From contig CDRNVI010000069.1 in the NCBI GenBank assembly GCA_977017575.1, forward strand, positions 248,001 through 312,000: DNA of 64,000 nucleotides. The letters are read 5' to 3'. The translations under genes were made by a program, and so were the position numbers. This document shows, piece after piece, positions 22,337 through 33,669 of the stretch. The notes beneath the pieces were generated by a model. The model had not been told where the DNA came from. It ran no database searches and worked only from the letters and a program-made list of their open reading frames with translations. The stretch comes from Paramoeba atlantica. Lineage: Eukaryota; Protista; Discosea. Each line of letters starts with the position of its first letter. Within the stretch, counting starts at the first letter, position 1.

Positions 22337-23191
22337 CTACACGATTTCTATCATTGTATTAATCGTGTTAAAACAATATTTTTTAAAATCAGTTTGCATC
22401 ACGCGACCATGCAAATTAGGATTGTTATCTAAGCGGCAGGACGCCGTTTCTTTTACCCAGCACTCTGCGTTAACCAACAGATCGAAATTATTGTCTTGTG
22501 CATAAAACTCATCAAAAGAGTCTGGAAGATGGCGAAAATCAAGATTCCCACTAAACAGGTTGTTCGAAATATCCAAGACTCGCAGACTCAATGGCAAACG
22601 GCACAAATCTATTGCCCCTTCAAACTTATTACCTTCCAACCACATGACGGTTAAATTAGGAGGCAGGTTCGTGAGGTTGATGTGTCCGGTAAACTCGTTG
22701 TTGTTTAAGTAAAGGTGCTCAATGAGAGGAGGCAAAAATCGCGAATCGAACTTGCCGAAAAAGCAATTAGAACTAAGATCGCATATTTTCAAAGATTGCG
22801 GAAGACAACGAAATTCAACCTCGCCTGTCAAGTCACCATTGTCCAGATTCAGCTCGATGAGTGTCAGTGGAAGATACTTCCAAGCAACCGAGCCGCGCGC
22901 TCCATGTTCTCTTGGAACATGATCTGGATTGGTCCAGTCTAATGCTGTGACTTCACCCTTATCATTACATTTCACACCTGCCCACTCACATGCTGTCACG
23001 TTCGTACACCATGTGGGATGCAGACCTTCCATATTTTCAACGAAACGAGCTAAATCGTATTCTTGTGGTAATGCGGCACCACGAATTCTACCCGGCGCTC
23101 GTGATGTGGAGTGAGATGGTACGGACCCTGGTAATGGTACCGTTGCCTGAATTCGAGTGGGTGCGTCGTCAGCTGACGTTACTGAAGACAT
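22337..23191 (-). CDS. LRR family protein
   Basis: RAPGRIRGAALPQEYDLARF motif, W...ACEWAGVKC cap, LPxxL..L.L..N.F.G repeats. Confidence 0.88.
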   Translation of the reverse strand: MSSVTSADDAPTRIQATVPLPGSVPSHSTSRAPGRIRGAALPQEYDLARFVENMEGLHPTWCTNVTACEWAGVKCNDKGEVTALDWTNPDHVPREHGARGSVAWKYLPLTLIELNLDNGDLTGEVEFRCLPQSLKICDLSSNCFFGKFDSRFLPPLIEHLYLNNNEFTGHINLTNLPPNLTVMWLEGNKFEGAIDLCRLPLSLRVLDISNNLFSGNLDFRHLPDSFDEFYAQDNNFDLLVNAECWVKETASCRLDNNPNLHGRVMQTDFKKYCFNTINTMIEIV

Positions 23192-23504
23192 GAAGTAAAG
23201 ATTTACATGTGGCCTGTATTTTTTGTTTTATAAGTTATACATTGGGACTGTATACTGCCCCTCTTATTATCACTTTTTTTAAAGGACATGGAATCCATTA
23301 ACTGAAATCTCCCCAAAATGTTTTCAAGGCTATCTAAAGTACAGGGATCCATGGGGCAGCATGCCCGAACTATTCTACGAATGCTACCACGATTGACTCA
23401 AAAACTACTGCGCGCCTTCACCGAGCTCCTAATTGAAAGCCCTCTTTTATGACGCTTCATCCAATCAGGTCATAAATAAAGAACGTTTTACATGATTTCT
23501 TTGT

Positions 23505-25124
23505 TCAGGGGAGCGTACCATCACAGGTCAGTAGTTCGGCTTCGACAGCGCGAATTCTGGGTAGTAACTCCTCGGCAACCTCTTTCCTGCGACTTGTCAC
23601 ACACTTTGCGCTGTGAATACACACCTCCGAAAGGTTTTGGGCATTCCATGGGGATGTTAATCGTGTCTCCCTCTGTGTACCCTTTGAAGACATGTGGATT
23701 GTGGTACGCCCCTGTACCACATGCGAAAGGAGGTTCTCTACTTCCCCCACACCTGCACGCAGGTCCGTGTCTGAGATCGCCCACGGGACCTGTTCCGCGA
23801 TACGCCAAAACGCAACCACGGCCTCCACCGACACCCCCTTGCTTCGGAGGACACCGCGGAGGAGCTTTGAGACCGCGTGGTCCTCCGGGGGGAGCATCCC
23901 GGGCACCAGCGCCACGGCGGCTACCAAATCACCCATCGTGGCCTCATTCGTGTACGCCCCATCATTCTCACTGCGCACCGCCTGGGTGTACAGCCTACGG
24001 AGTAGGGGCTGGAGCAGGGGCACGATGGCATGGTGCACGGCGGCCTCGGAGAGGTACACGAGCACGGCTGCCGCGTTGTGGAGGTCCAGCCCGGCCTCGG
24101 TGTGCTCCGTGGCACGCACGAGGGCGAGCAGGGGGCCCGGGGCGTAGTGCCGCAGCCGACGCAGGGCGGTGCAATACACCGCGGTGGCCTCCGGACCACA
24201 CGGGACCCCGGGGGTGTAGTCCTCGGGGCGCTCCGAGGCGGTGCTGGTGATTACCCCGGTGAGCGGTCGGGCCCTTGGGGGGTTGTGCCGGGTGGCTTCG
24301 TGTGAGGTGCCGTGGCGCACCCACTTGTCAAGGGTGTGGCCGTGGGTGGCGGAGGTGAAGTAGCGAAGGGTGGCCATCGCACACAGCACGTGGGCCACCT
24401 CCAGGGAGCTCATGTGGGGGAGAAGGTCGTGGGTGCGTTGCTCCAGTACACGTAGGACAGGGTGGAGGTCCGGGGAGAGGGGAAGGCGGGAGAGACACTG
24501 ACAGAGGGCCGCGTGTTGGGGTGGGGGAAGGTGGACCGCAAGGGCACGGCGTGCGATAGGGAGCAGCAGCTCCTCACTATGACTCTTCATGTAAGCTAGG
24601 ACGTCGATAAAGCCGCAGAGTTCGTGCACTGTGGCCTGGTCCAGTTTCTTTAGTATTTCTCCCGAAATTGCCTCAACCAGAGGTAAATGGAGTTTATTGA
24701 GGGTTGCCAAAGCGCTGAGGGTGCGGTCCATGTCCGAGCTGGTGAGCAATGAAGTTCGATGGGACAACTCCTTAATCACCTCATCCAAAATTCTTGTCGG
24801 AAAAAACCCAAAGTACGCAAAGTTTTGAAGCAACGAGACCAGTTCCGGTATATCTGCCAAATCGTAATGAATCTTTTTGCCACTGAAGTATTTGTATTCT
24901 CCTTGAAGTAACTGTTGTTCCAGACGGTCTTCGCAGGACATGTGCCGAAGTCGTACTTTCGTCATACGACGTGCAATCTCGTCAGCAGAATAATATACGT
25001 GGGTGTTATCCGTCGGATCTTTCGGCAACATGGCCTCTACACTGCGAACTGCAATATACCCTCTTTCGTATGGCGTTTTCTTTCCTCCCTGCGGCAAATA
25101 ACACAGAATCTTACTGTTTCTCAT
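23505..25124 (-). CDS. Helical-repeat (FASTK/OPR-like) protein, possibly mitochondrial RNA-binding
   Basis: 539 aa; repeats such as DMDRTLSALATLN, ELCGFIDVLAYM, EVAHVLCAMATL. Confidence 0.65.
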   Translation of the reverse strand: MRNSKILCYLPQGGKKTPYERGYIAVRSVEAMLPKDPTDNTHVYYSADEIARRMTKVRLRHMSCEDRLEQQLLQGEYKYFSGKKIHYDLADIPELVSLLQNFAYFGFFPTRILDEVIKELSHRTSLLTSSDMDRTLSALATLNKLHLPLVEAISGEILKKLDQATVHELCGFIDVLAYMKSHSEELLLPIARRALAVHLPPPQHAALCQCLSRLPLSPDLHPVLRVLEQRTHDLLPHMSSLEVAHVLCAMATLRYFTSATHGHTLDKWVRHGTSHEATRHNPPRARPLTGVITSTASERPEDYTPGVPCGPEATAVYCTALRRLRHYAPGPLLALVRATEHTEAGLDLHNAAAVLVYLSEAAVHHAIVPLLQPLLRRLYTQAVRSENDGAYTNEATMGDLVAAVALVPGMLPPEDHAVSKLLRGVLRSKGVSVEAVVAFWRIAEQVPWAISDTDLRAGVGEVENLLSHVVQGRTTIHMSSKGTQRETRLTSPWNAQNLSEVCIHSAKCVTSRRKEVAEELLPRIRAVEAELLTCDGTLP

Positions 25125-25367
25125 AAGGGAAGCAATTCAGTCCAATATTTTCCGTGGACGTCGCAATTGGATACCATCTGTGTCATATACCTCACATATT
25201 CGAATTTTTATGTACAAATTTAAATTTCTCTACTACCATACGACCAAAAAAGGTATCACATAGCTAGTGTGAAGCATTGACACAAAAAAACGATTGTTTT
25301 GGTAGTCTAGCAAAAATGTCAAGTTCAATTCCAGCCGTTCATACTGCTATACCAGCTTGGAAATGCT

Positions 25368-25997
25368 TTACGGTACTTCAGATAATTTCGTGTAAGAGTT
25401 GTACTTGCGCCAGGAAAAAGACGAGTCGTTCAGTTTCAAAGACTTCGGCAATGTACTTCTCGAAACAGTGCCAGACAAGTGTGCATTAGACGACAAATCC
25501 AAATTTTCCAGTCCCTCAGGAAGCAGGGAGAGATCTATCTTTCCACCAAAATTGTTATCATTTAGGTAGAGCTTTTTTAACGTTGCTGGTAAAGTTCGAA
25601 GATTAATCTTTCCCGAAAACCCGTTTCGGGCAAGATTTAACTCCTGAAGTCTTCTAGGCAAGTCGCTCAAGTCAACCTTTCCCGATAAAGAATTCACATT
25701 CAACAGTACGTGAGTTACGAAGCGTGGGAGATGTGCCCATTCCAAAGTTCCAAATAGCTCTTTTGCTGTCCAGTTTATTTTAATAATGTTATCTGTATTG
25801 TCACAGATAACTCCGCGCCATTTACAGCATGGAATACGTAGGCTCCAAGAATGGTGAGGATTCGTGATCCCCGAAACGAACCTTGTGAGGTCGTACTCTG
25901 GGGGTATGAGAGACCGGTGAACTTTGCCGGGCAAACGGGGTGCATCGGCAGTCTTCCCGAGCATCATGAATGTCAACTGTACCATTTGCATGGCCAA
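25368..25997 (-). CDS. LRR family protein
   Basis: RLPGKVHRSLIPPEYDLTRF, CCKWRGVIC cap, five LRRs. Confidence 0.88.
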   Translation of the reverse strand: MAMQMVQLTFMMLGKTADAPRLPGKVHRSLIPPEYDLTRFVSGITNPHHSWSLRIPCCKWRGVICDNTDNIIKINWTAKELFGTLEWAHLPRFVTHVLLNVNSLSGKVDLSDLPRRLQELNLARNGFSGKINLRTLPATLKKLYLNDNNFGGKIDLSLLPEGLENLDLSSNAHLSGTVSRSTLPKSLKLNDSSFSWRKYNSYTKLSEVP

Positions 25998-26593
25998 TCA
26001 GTAGCAAAAAATCAACTTGCTATTCGACAAAGGGCTATTGACTATTGGACAGTGGTTTACTAAGTGCTCAAATAGAAGTAAACTTTACTTACATTTGATT
26101 GAAGGTACTTATTCAGAGCACTTATGAAAAATCATCTTTGGAATACTACCGAATTTTTGTACGTTCTTTTGTTATTAAATGAATGTTTAGTAGTACCTAG
26201 TAAAGTATATGAAGTCTCTTTATATCGTGTATTAGCGATAACGACTCAGACCCATTCGCTTATGTGCACCCCCACTTATAGTGCCGCGGTTTTCGACCAA
26301 ACGGCACTATAAGTGGGGGGTAGTATGTTTCAGATCGAGGGTGAAAATTTTTCCACTTTCAAAAAAAAAAAGCGCGCCGCGAAGCGGCGCGCTTTTTTTT
26401 ATCGTGCGGTTTTGAGTGCCTAAGCGTTGTAAAAGGACTTTCTACTCCACTGCTGTGTATGGGATACAGTGGTCGTAAAGAATTGTGAAATAAAGATGCC
26501 CTAAAAATAAACAATTGTGAAATATAAAATCGTAAACGAATTTCGAAATGACGAGTTGTATTCCGTATGTTTCCATAACGGAAAACACAAATA

Positions 26594-27009
26594 CTGTGCC
26601 CCCCTAGTTATCTGTCACACGTCACTCCCCCTAGTTATCTGTCACTTTTTGGCACTTCGATTTTTTTTTCGTCGACTACCCCCCCTAGTTATCTGTCACT
26701 TTTTAAAAATGGGTAAAATGGTTTTTTCCGAAAAAAATCATAAAATGAAACTTCCAGTTTTTATTTTTGTGTTTCAAGCGAATGGTCGTCCGTGGTGCTA
26801 TTACACCGTTTCAAGTTTCTAGTTAGTATTACATCGTGGTGCTATAAACCGTTTCTGTAATTCCATGTTCTGACTTTTTTTGGGACAGACACCCTCCCTA
26901 GTTATCTGTCGCACACTGATCCGCCTAGTAATCTGTCACACCCCTACCCCCCCTACTTATCTGTCACCTTTTCGCGAAAAGTAGTGACAGATAAGTAGGG
27001 GGGGTACAG
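26594..27009. mobile_element. Nested TA-flanked MITE
   Basis: TIR CTGT(G/A)CCCCCCTA(G/C)TTATCTGTCAC; at least six internal copies of the CCCTAGTTATCTGTCAC motif. Confidence 0.85.
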
Positions 27010-27183
27010 TACCTTCGTCACTGCATGCTTACCATTAATTTCTTGGAGGAATTTAAGGTGCACCTTCCATAAAATTGCCTTTGAAAAGCAATTTTCGTTC
27101 TTTGTTAAACCTTCTCTGGCGCTTTCTTCCTTTGAGACCGCGATTGATGCGTGATTGATAAATCGACTCCTAAAACGTATTTT

Positions 27184-27280
27184 AGTGGCTTCGTTAAACG
27201 CGGAGGTAGTTTTCAACGCTAAGCGCGCAGCATGAGTGACTTCTAAGTTGAAAACAACCACCAAGTTTAACGAAGTCACT
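27184..27280. repeat. ~95-bp mini inverted-repeat element (other copies 33535-33624, 42818-42893; half copies 17574-17606, 55729-55754)
   Basis: CTTCGTTAAACGCGG(T/A)GGTAGTTTTCAAC-spacer-GTTGAAAACAACCACCGCGTTTAACGAAG. Confidence 0.8.
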
Positions 27281-27629
27281 CAATATTAGAAATTTCCACC
27301 ATGTTTACTGTACTTTTTGGTCAAAAAAAGTAGTCATTTTTTTTCGGACATTTTTTTTTCAAAACGGCACTATAAGTAGGGGGGTACCCCGCGGCACTAT
27401 AAGTGGGGGGGAACAGTAATAAATCAAGCAACAGATAGAAACACTCTATTATGAGGTAAAAAAAGCTTCACTTTCGAAGAGAGGAAACTCAACTCAAACC
27501 ATGTTTAAAAAGATTGCGTGCTGAGAGGTAGCACTGCTCAGTGCGGAACTGAAAAAAGTCAAGAGGAATTCGTAAAAGACGTTAAGAGGATAGTTGGCCC
27601 CATATTCTGTTGTCTATTCCACACTTGGT

Positions 27630-28259
27630 CTAAAGGACTGTAATTGCGGTCCTAGTCAAATTAATGTAATTACTGTTCCACGGAATAAACTCACCGACGG
27701 ACTGAATGATATTCTGTAACTGCGCTGGTAGTTCGCCTTTTGTCACAGTGCCCGATAGCAGAGTGTTGTGAGCCAAGCTGAGACACTTCAATCCCACAGG
27801 AAGCATAGAAAAATCTGCAGGCCCGCTAAAAAAGTTCTTACCCAATAGAAGTTCTTTTAAATCTGTCGGTAGACGTTGGAGATCAATTGACCCCGATAAC
27901 CCGTTTTTTTCAAGATTGAGTATTTGGAGTCCGTACGGCAAGCGAGATAGGTCAATTTCCCCCGTAAGGTGGTTTGACTGCAACATTACGACTGTCAAGG
28001 AGTCAGGAAGGTGGAGCCAGTCTGGGGCCCCGGAGAGCTCCCGCCCTGCCCACCATAGTTCTTTGATCGTTGCTCCTTTACAAATCACCCCAGCCCACTT
28101 GCTGAACTTGAAATCGGAACCACAATGAGTTCCCCACGAGCAATCCTGGTTGGTAATCCCTGCAACAAACCTAATAAGGTCGCCTTGTGGGGGAAGTAAC
28201 GAGCGGTGCACTTTTCCTGGACGGCGACGTTCTTCAGCACAGTTTCCCAATGGACACAT
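27630..28259 (-). CDS. LRR family protein
   Basis: RRPGKVHRSLLPPQGDLIRF, KWAGVIC cap, LRRs. Confidence 0.88.
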   Translation of the reverse strand: MCPLGNCAEERRRPGKVHRSLLPPQGDLIRFVAGITNQDCSWGTHCGSDFKFSKWAGVICKGATIKELWWAGRELSGAPDWLHLPDSLTVVMLQSNHLTGEIDLSRLPYGLQILNLEKNGLSGSIDLQRLPTDLKELLLGKNFFSGPADFSMLPVGLKCLSLAHNTLLSGTVTKGELPAQLQNIIQSVGEFIPWNSNYINLTRTAITVL

Positions 28260-28513
28260 GATTAGCTGTCGTCAAAAAATACGAAAAAAATCAAGATAAT
28301 GACTAGAAGGGAAAGGGGTTATCAGAAAAGGAAATCAAGAAACGTGTTGATTTGTTTGTTGTGTTCTTGGGCATTATACCACATCTACCTAGCACTTCTA
28401 CACTACTTCTACGTACTTCTACACTACCACTTCTACTTGTGTCCGAAAAACAATTTAGTGTCCAATTTAGTAAAACAGTCTAGTATGGGGCACAATTGTG
28501 ATTCAACGGAGGT

Positions 28514-29794
28514 CTATTCAGAATCGCGCCTTCTCTTGGACACCTTGGTTGAGCTCGTACAAAATTCAGGTATCTCCCCAGAGGCAAAAAGTCGTCGCGG
28601 TGGAGTTGTGAGCGATAACTTTTGAGGGGGTGGGGTGAAGGGAATGACATTGGGATCTCGGTCCCCTAGAGGTGTTGAGCTGTTTGGGTTTCGTTTAGCA
28701 ACACCAAAGAAGTGCAGCACGTCCGTCGGGGGTAATGGCATTGGCAACCGTCGGGGTAGAAAAGGCTCCGAAAAAACAGAGTGCGAAAGACACTGTCCCG
28801 CCGTGGGACGTTGAAATGGATCTAGGGATAATAATTCTTGTATAAAACGAAAGGTGTCCGGTCGAATGAAAGAGGAAATTTTATTATTCGGCGTAGAAGA
28901 AGCTTCAATCTTTGAGTCTCTCACACATAGTAGTTTCTCAAGTCCGTACCCAATTCCTTCCGATTCTCTGAATCTTATATCCCGACGAGGATACTGTAGA
29001 CTTTTGGTAAATAGTGAAGGCCAAGTTTTGTTTGTAGGGTTTCCAAGAAGATTAAAAATCGACCTCAAACTGTGGAGTGACGAATCATGCGCAAAAAGAG
29101 GGTCTCCTTGGCGTAGAATTTCAACTAGCAAACATCCTATACCCCATATGTCAGCTGCATGGGGTACAACACACGCGTCAAAACCAAGAAATGATTCCGG
29201 AGGTTGATATCCACATGTTCCAATATCTCCATGCCTACACTTGCATTCCGATTGTGTTGATTCACTTTCAGGTTTGTAAACATTCTCCCATGAATGTGTC
29301 AGTTTTTGCGCTGTTCCAAAATCGCTAAGTTTTGCTATGCACCCTCGATTAGGGTCCGGTGAAAGTAACACATTTGAGGGTTTCACATCTCGATGAACAA
29401 TTGAATGTTTATGTAAGTGATGGACAGCTTCTAGTACGTCGTGGATATACGCCAATGCGTCCTTTTCCGTTAGCGCTGAAACCCCATAGGGGCTATCCAT
29501 CCGTCGCACACAGTGTAAGTACTGTTTCAAATGGGTTGGGATGTATTCCAACACTAAGTAGACAGCAGTTTCAGTAATAATGGCATCTTTAACGCCGACC
29601 ACATTGGGGTGCGATTTCAAGGACTGTAACAACTTTGCTTCGCTCTTTGCCCTTTCATACGCTGATTTTGGACAGCAGTACGTTTTTTTAATCGCAACGT
29701 ATTCATGGGGGCTTCGATACAATTGAACCACCCCGTGGCCTCCGCGACCAAGTATAATGTTACAATTTTCATATGCATCCATCGCTCGCAACAA
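28514..29794 (-). CDS. CMGC/CDK-related Ser/Thr protein kinase
   Basis: GRGGHG, VAIKK, HRDVKPSN, DFG, GTCGYQPPE, DIWGIGC; no PSTAIRE helix. Confidence 0.9.
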   Translation of the reverse strand: MLRAMDAYENCNIILGRGGHGVVQLYRSPHEYVAIKKTYCCPKSAYERAKSEAKLLQSLKSHPNVVGVKDAIITETAVYLVLEYIPTHLKQYLHCVRRMDSPYGVSALTEKDALAYIHDVLEAVHHLHKHSIVHRDVKPSNVLLSPDPNRGCIAKLSDFGTAQKLTHSWENVYKPESESTQSECKCRHGDIGTCGYQPPESFLGFDACVVPHAADIWGIGCLLVEILRQGDPLFAHDSSLHSLRSIFNLLGNPTNKTWPSLFTKSLQYPRRDIRFRESEGIGYGLEKLLCVRDSKIEASSTPNNKISSFIRPDTFRFIQELLSLDPFQRPTAGQCLSHSVFSEPFLPRRLPMPLPPTDVLHFFGVAKRNPNSSTPLGDRDPNVIPFTPPPQKLSLTTPPRRLFASGEIPEFCTSSTKVSKRRRDSE

Positions 29795-30307
29795 AATTGA
29801 GACTCTAGCAGGTCGAGTACAGGGATCAGTGACGTATCCTGCAGTCTTTATAAAGTTTCATAAGGTTCATCCCCAGTTAATACGTATAATATAGTGTAAA
29901 TAGTATTATGATGAGTAAACTTCTCTAACAATACACGAAGATACCATTACGGAAAAGGAAAACGTTAAAATTGTAAGCAAGACAAGAACATAAAGATAAA
30001 AAACTCTAGTGCTGCGAGAAGTCTTAATGAGATGAAACCTCCGTTTCGATCTTTTAAGTCATTGTTTCAAAAAGAACGAAGCAGGAGGGACAGCTACATG
30101 CTGTATTGGGCTTTACCTAAGTACTAGACCTGTCTAACGTTGGCTAATCCCTTTTTTGACCCAGTATTTCAGATACAACTTGTACATGTCACGTTCAGTA
30201 CTTTCTTTAGGTAAACGGACGAGATCTGTGAGCTCTTCTCTGGGAACTCGAAGGTAAATAATGCACTACCTCACAAGAGAATATCCCGTACAGAAAAGTC
30301 TGAAAAT

Positions 30308-30919
30308 TCAAACAAGTGATTTGAAAAGAAAACTTAAATGTGGTGCTGAAAAATAGCGCGTCTGCTCCTGTGACTTCTGCGCTTGAGGATTAATACATAC
30401 CAATTTCTTTACGTAGGGTTCTAGATAATCCAAAACAGAGAGATCCGAGTCAATGTAAAGCGAAGGAGTAAGGTGACGCATCATCGCCTGTTTTCCCACA
30501 TCGGTTTTATAACACAATATATTTTTTCTGGGTGTAGCTCCTTTAAGCGTGGTCATCCACTTGTCCTCAACATTTCCACGTTCTTCTTCCGAGGAGACAC
30601 GTACTAAAAGTATGCAATTGCAGTGTGAAGATAGATACTGTAGAGCTTTCTGAGAAGCTTCATCCGGGATATTGTTGTCAAAGATTAAGCAACTCACTGC
30701 GACAGTTTCTCCGAAATAATCTTTTGGATCCCACACGCTTTTTGATTTAGTGTTCAAACGTGTCCGAGAAATTTTCTTGGGGAAGCCTGGCACTCGGAAT
30801 CCATTTGCATTACACGCATATTTGCAGAGGTACGAACAAGTGACGGCGACACACAGGGCAAAAAACATCCCTGTGTGTGTGAATAAATTTGCGATCACAT
30901 TAAAAAAAGACGTGTACAT
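30308..30919 (-). CDS. PEX22: Peroxin 22 (plant/kinetoplastid type)
   Basis: N-terminal TM segment; KNILCYKTDVGKQAMMRHLTPSLYIDSD resembles the PEX22 FCSTxxGR.SFVRQLEPxxHID motif. Confidence 0.7.
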   Translation of the reverse strand: MYTSFFNVIANLFTHTGMFFALCVAVTCSYLCKYACNANGFRVPGFPKKISRTRLNTKSKSVWDPKDYFGETVAVSCLIFDNNIPDEASQKALQYLSSHCNCILLVRVSSEEERGNVEDKWMTTLKGATPRKNILCYKTDVGKQAMMRHLTPSLYIDSDLSVLDYLEPYVKKLVCINPQAQKSQEQTRYFSAPHLSFLFKSLV

Positions 30920-31231
30920 GGCAAATTTACAAATACAAAGTATAAAGGATTTAATAATGTCTGAACCAGAAAGCTAAAGTGTGAAAGCCAGAACGATAAT
31001 AGTAGGGGGTCTTCCAAGGAAAATAACATTTGTTAAAAAGCCCGTCACACGCACGTTCTCCCCTTTTATGATCTTTCAAAAACGAGACATAAGATTAGAT
31101 ACAAATTTCGAACAAAATAAAAGACAGATCCTGTTGTGCTGCAGTTCGTTACGAATCGTAGCACACGCTACCCCTACACGCTACCCCTTTCGAGGAGAAC
31201 AACGGGGTCGCTAAAAAACCGAAACCCCTCC

Positions 31232-32206
31232 TCACAACCCTTTATTAAAATACAACTTATCCACAGGCGTCCCATCCCGCATCCGTGCCCCATGAAACCG
31301 CGACTCCAACACCCCCGGCACCACGCTCGCCCGTTGCGGAAACAACCCCAACGCACACGGAACCCCGACCAAAATCCCCACCGTCATCAACCCCAGCTCC
31401 GTCACCGCACGGTTCCTTTTCACCACCCCCACCCTTGCCAACGGCACCATCGCCAGCAACGGCAGCGTCATAATCGGCACATTCCACGCCAGCCGCGTCA
31501 CACAGCACTGGGCGATCCCCTGTCGTCCCGCCACCCTACTCCTCCCGTGCTCCCCCCCCTCGCTGTCCACCACCCCCACGCCCTCATCCCACCACTCCAG
31601 CCGTCGCATCAGCGCGACGTTCGCCATCCCGGCCAGAGAGACGGCCAGCATGGGGAGCGTGGCACGGACGGCGGTGGCGCGTAGGGACCCGCGGGGGAGT
31701 TGGTTCATCGCAGCTGTCGTGGCATAGGCAATGGAGAGCGAGAGGGCGCAGGCCGCGACGTAGGTCTGGGCCACGGTGGCTAGGGGGACGGGGCTGGAGG
31801 CGTTACGGTGGGCCAGGTTCAGGGCGGCGTTGTAGGTTTGGTTGATCCAGTGGACAAGGAGGGAGCGGGGGGCGGAGGTGACGGTGGCGGGGTGGAGCAT
31901 GATGGCACAGCCCAGGATGTTGAGAGGGATGAAACCGCTGAAACGGAGGAGGGGGGGGATGAGGTCTCCGGTGTCGGGGTGGGTGCAGAGACGGAGGGTG
32001 CGTTGGGCGTCCCAGAGGGAGGGGGGGGAGGGGTGGGTGTGGGGGAGGTCGTGGACGACGTGGCGGGCGGTGTCGACGTCGGAGGGGGTGAGGAGCAGGG
32101 CTCGGGGGTCGAGCATGTCGGAGAAGTAGTGGACGCGACCGAGGTAGGTGTCCATGGGGTACGGGGGGTCGCCGGTACCGGAAGGGGAGGGGTAGGCGCT
32201 AGGCAT
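31232..32206 (-). CDS. SFXN: Sideroflexin (mitochondrial tricarboxylate/serine carrier family)
   Basis: TYLGRVHYF...DPR, HPDTGDLIPPLLRFSGF, HWINQTYNAALNLAHRNASS, NVALMR..E. Confidence 0.92.
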   Translation of the reverse strand: MPSAYPSPSGTGDPPYPMDTYLGRVHYFSDMLDPRALLLTPSDVDTARHVVHDLPHTHPSPPSLWDAQRTLRLCTHPDTGDLIPPLLRFSGFIPLNILGCAIMLHPATVTSAPRSLLVHWINQTYNAALNLAHRNASSPVPLATVAQTYVAACALSLSIAYATTAAMNQLPRGSLRATAVRATLPMLAVSLAGMANVALMRRLEWWDEGVGVVDSEGGEHGRSRVAGRQGIAQCCVTRLAWNVPIMTLPLLAMVPLARVGVVKRNRAVTELGLMTVGILVGVPCALGLFPQRASVVPGVLESRFHGARMRDGTPVDKLYFNKGL

Positions 32207-32499
32207 GGGGTGAACGAGGGGGAAACTACAGGAGTGTCTTTGTGGTACGATTACGAGTTATACCAAAAATAGAGCTAGACATTAAGAAAAAGATACACAA
32301 GGAGCTGAAAAGCTGAAGAGACAATAAAGATGGATGAAAGTTTTTTTCGAATGAGAATAGCGCAGTTCAAGTGCCCATTGAGCAAGCGGGTAAAACAGTA
32401 TCTTAAGTAGGACGTTCAAACCGACAACTCGGTTGTGCTACTAGGATACTTACGTTTTCGATTGTTTAACGTTTATCGTCGTAGAAACAGGATTGTGTG

Positions 32500-32877
32500 T
32501 TAGTCTTTGCCAAGAATACGATTTACTTTTTCTAAAATGGGATCTGTAGAAAGTTTATAGCCCATGTCTTTCGATGGTATTTCCAGTACAGAAGGAAGAA
32601 GTTGGTCTGCGTATCTGTTCATTACCTCTCGGATAGATTCTGCGATATGTTGGTTCAAAAAAAGGACACCAATATCCTTGCGGCGCATCAGTCGTTCGAA
32701 GGCGTCGATGATATTTTCCAAAGGCGTAGTCGGCTTGATTACCATGATATTACTATGCTCAGAGTTCGTCTCAACTCCATGTTCTGCAATACCAATAAGC
32801 AAGAAACTTGAAACAGTGTCTTCGTCTCCAATTAGCCCAATTAGATTCCTCTGCCCTTTGCCGCGAAAAGCAGACAT
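32500..32877 (-). CDS. ATP6V1F: V-type proton ATPase subunit F
   Basis: LIGLIGDEDTVSSFLLIGI, RKDIGVLFLNQHIAESIR, PSVLEIPSKD. Confidence 0.95.
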   Translation of the reverse strand: MSAFRGKGQRNLIGLIGDEDTVSSFLLIGIAEHGVETNSEHSNIMVIKPTTPLENIIDAFERLMRRKDIGVLFLNQHIAESIREVMNRYADQLLPSVLEIPSKDMGYKLSTDPILEKVNRILGKD

Positions 32878-33669
32878 AGAAAAGTATCAAATAGGTTAGC
32901 ACGATTCCATTCAAATACCAGATTTTGCTATACACAATTATTAGACTATAGGCGCGCTATAGGAGTACTTTGAGAATGGATTGACTTGAGAGAGATAATT
33001 GCGGTGGTTGTATAACTACCGCTCTACCCTCGATTATTGCAAAAAGTGAATAAAAACAGTGAAAATATAAATATAACAGTAATATAATAGAAGAAAAAAA
33101 TATAAAAAGGGGCTCCGGTGGTCCAAAATTGAAAAAAAAATTAAAAAAAATGGGAGGTCCATGGGGGGGAGGTGTCCAGAGGGGGTCCAGGGGGGGGCAC
33201 ACCCCACGATTTTTTTTTGAAAAAAATATTTTTCGAAACAAACCAGAAGGGGTAGCCGAGGTCTTGGTGCGCATTTTCCACCCCCCCCTACCCCGGGGTG
33301 ATCCCTCTGCGTATCCGCAGGACGGTTCCGACAAGTTCGGAGTTTTTTTAAATATTCAAATTGGCGAAAAAAATCGTAATATTTTTGTTCTCCAAAATCG
33401 TGTCCCCTATTGTATTTAGAGAGTTTGAGACTTATACTAGCTTTCTGCGCCGTCGCTTTCGCAAGATACACTTGCGACCACTTCTTTCGTACCACTTCTT
33501 GAAGCCGAATCTTGGCCGAATTTTCTTTTTTATACTCTTCGTTAAATGCGGTGGTAGTTTTCAACGCGAAGCGCGCACGAGTGACTTCTAAGTTGAAAAC
33601 AACCACCGTGTTTAACGAAGAGCCTAATATTTTTTTATAGAGAGAGAGATAACATTTGTTAGAGAGTAA

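Larger units (their letters stand above)
26261..27418. mobile_element. TIR element (CCCCCACTTATAGTGCCGCGG termini) hosting two nested elements
   Basis: Inverted ends at ~26261-26290 (degenerate) and 27390-27418; internal copies of GGCACTATAAGT. Confidence 0.65.

Noticed and set aside
26594-27009. Repeated CCCTAGTTATCTGTCAC units as a possible CRISPR array
   Set aside because: Irregular spacing, inverted orientation at the end, no cas genes; they are MITE subterminal repeats.
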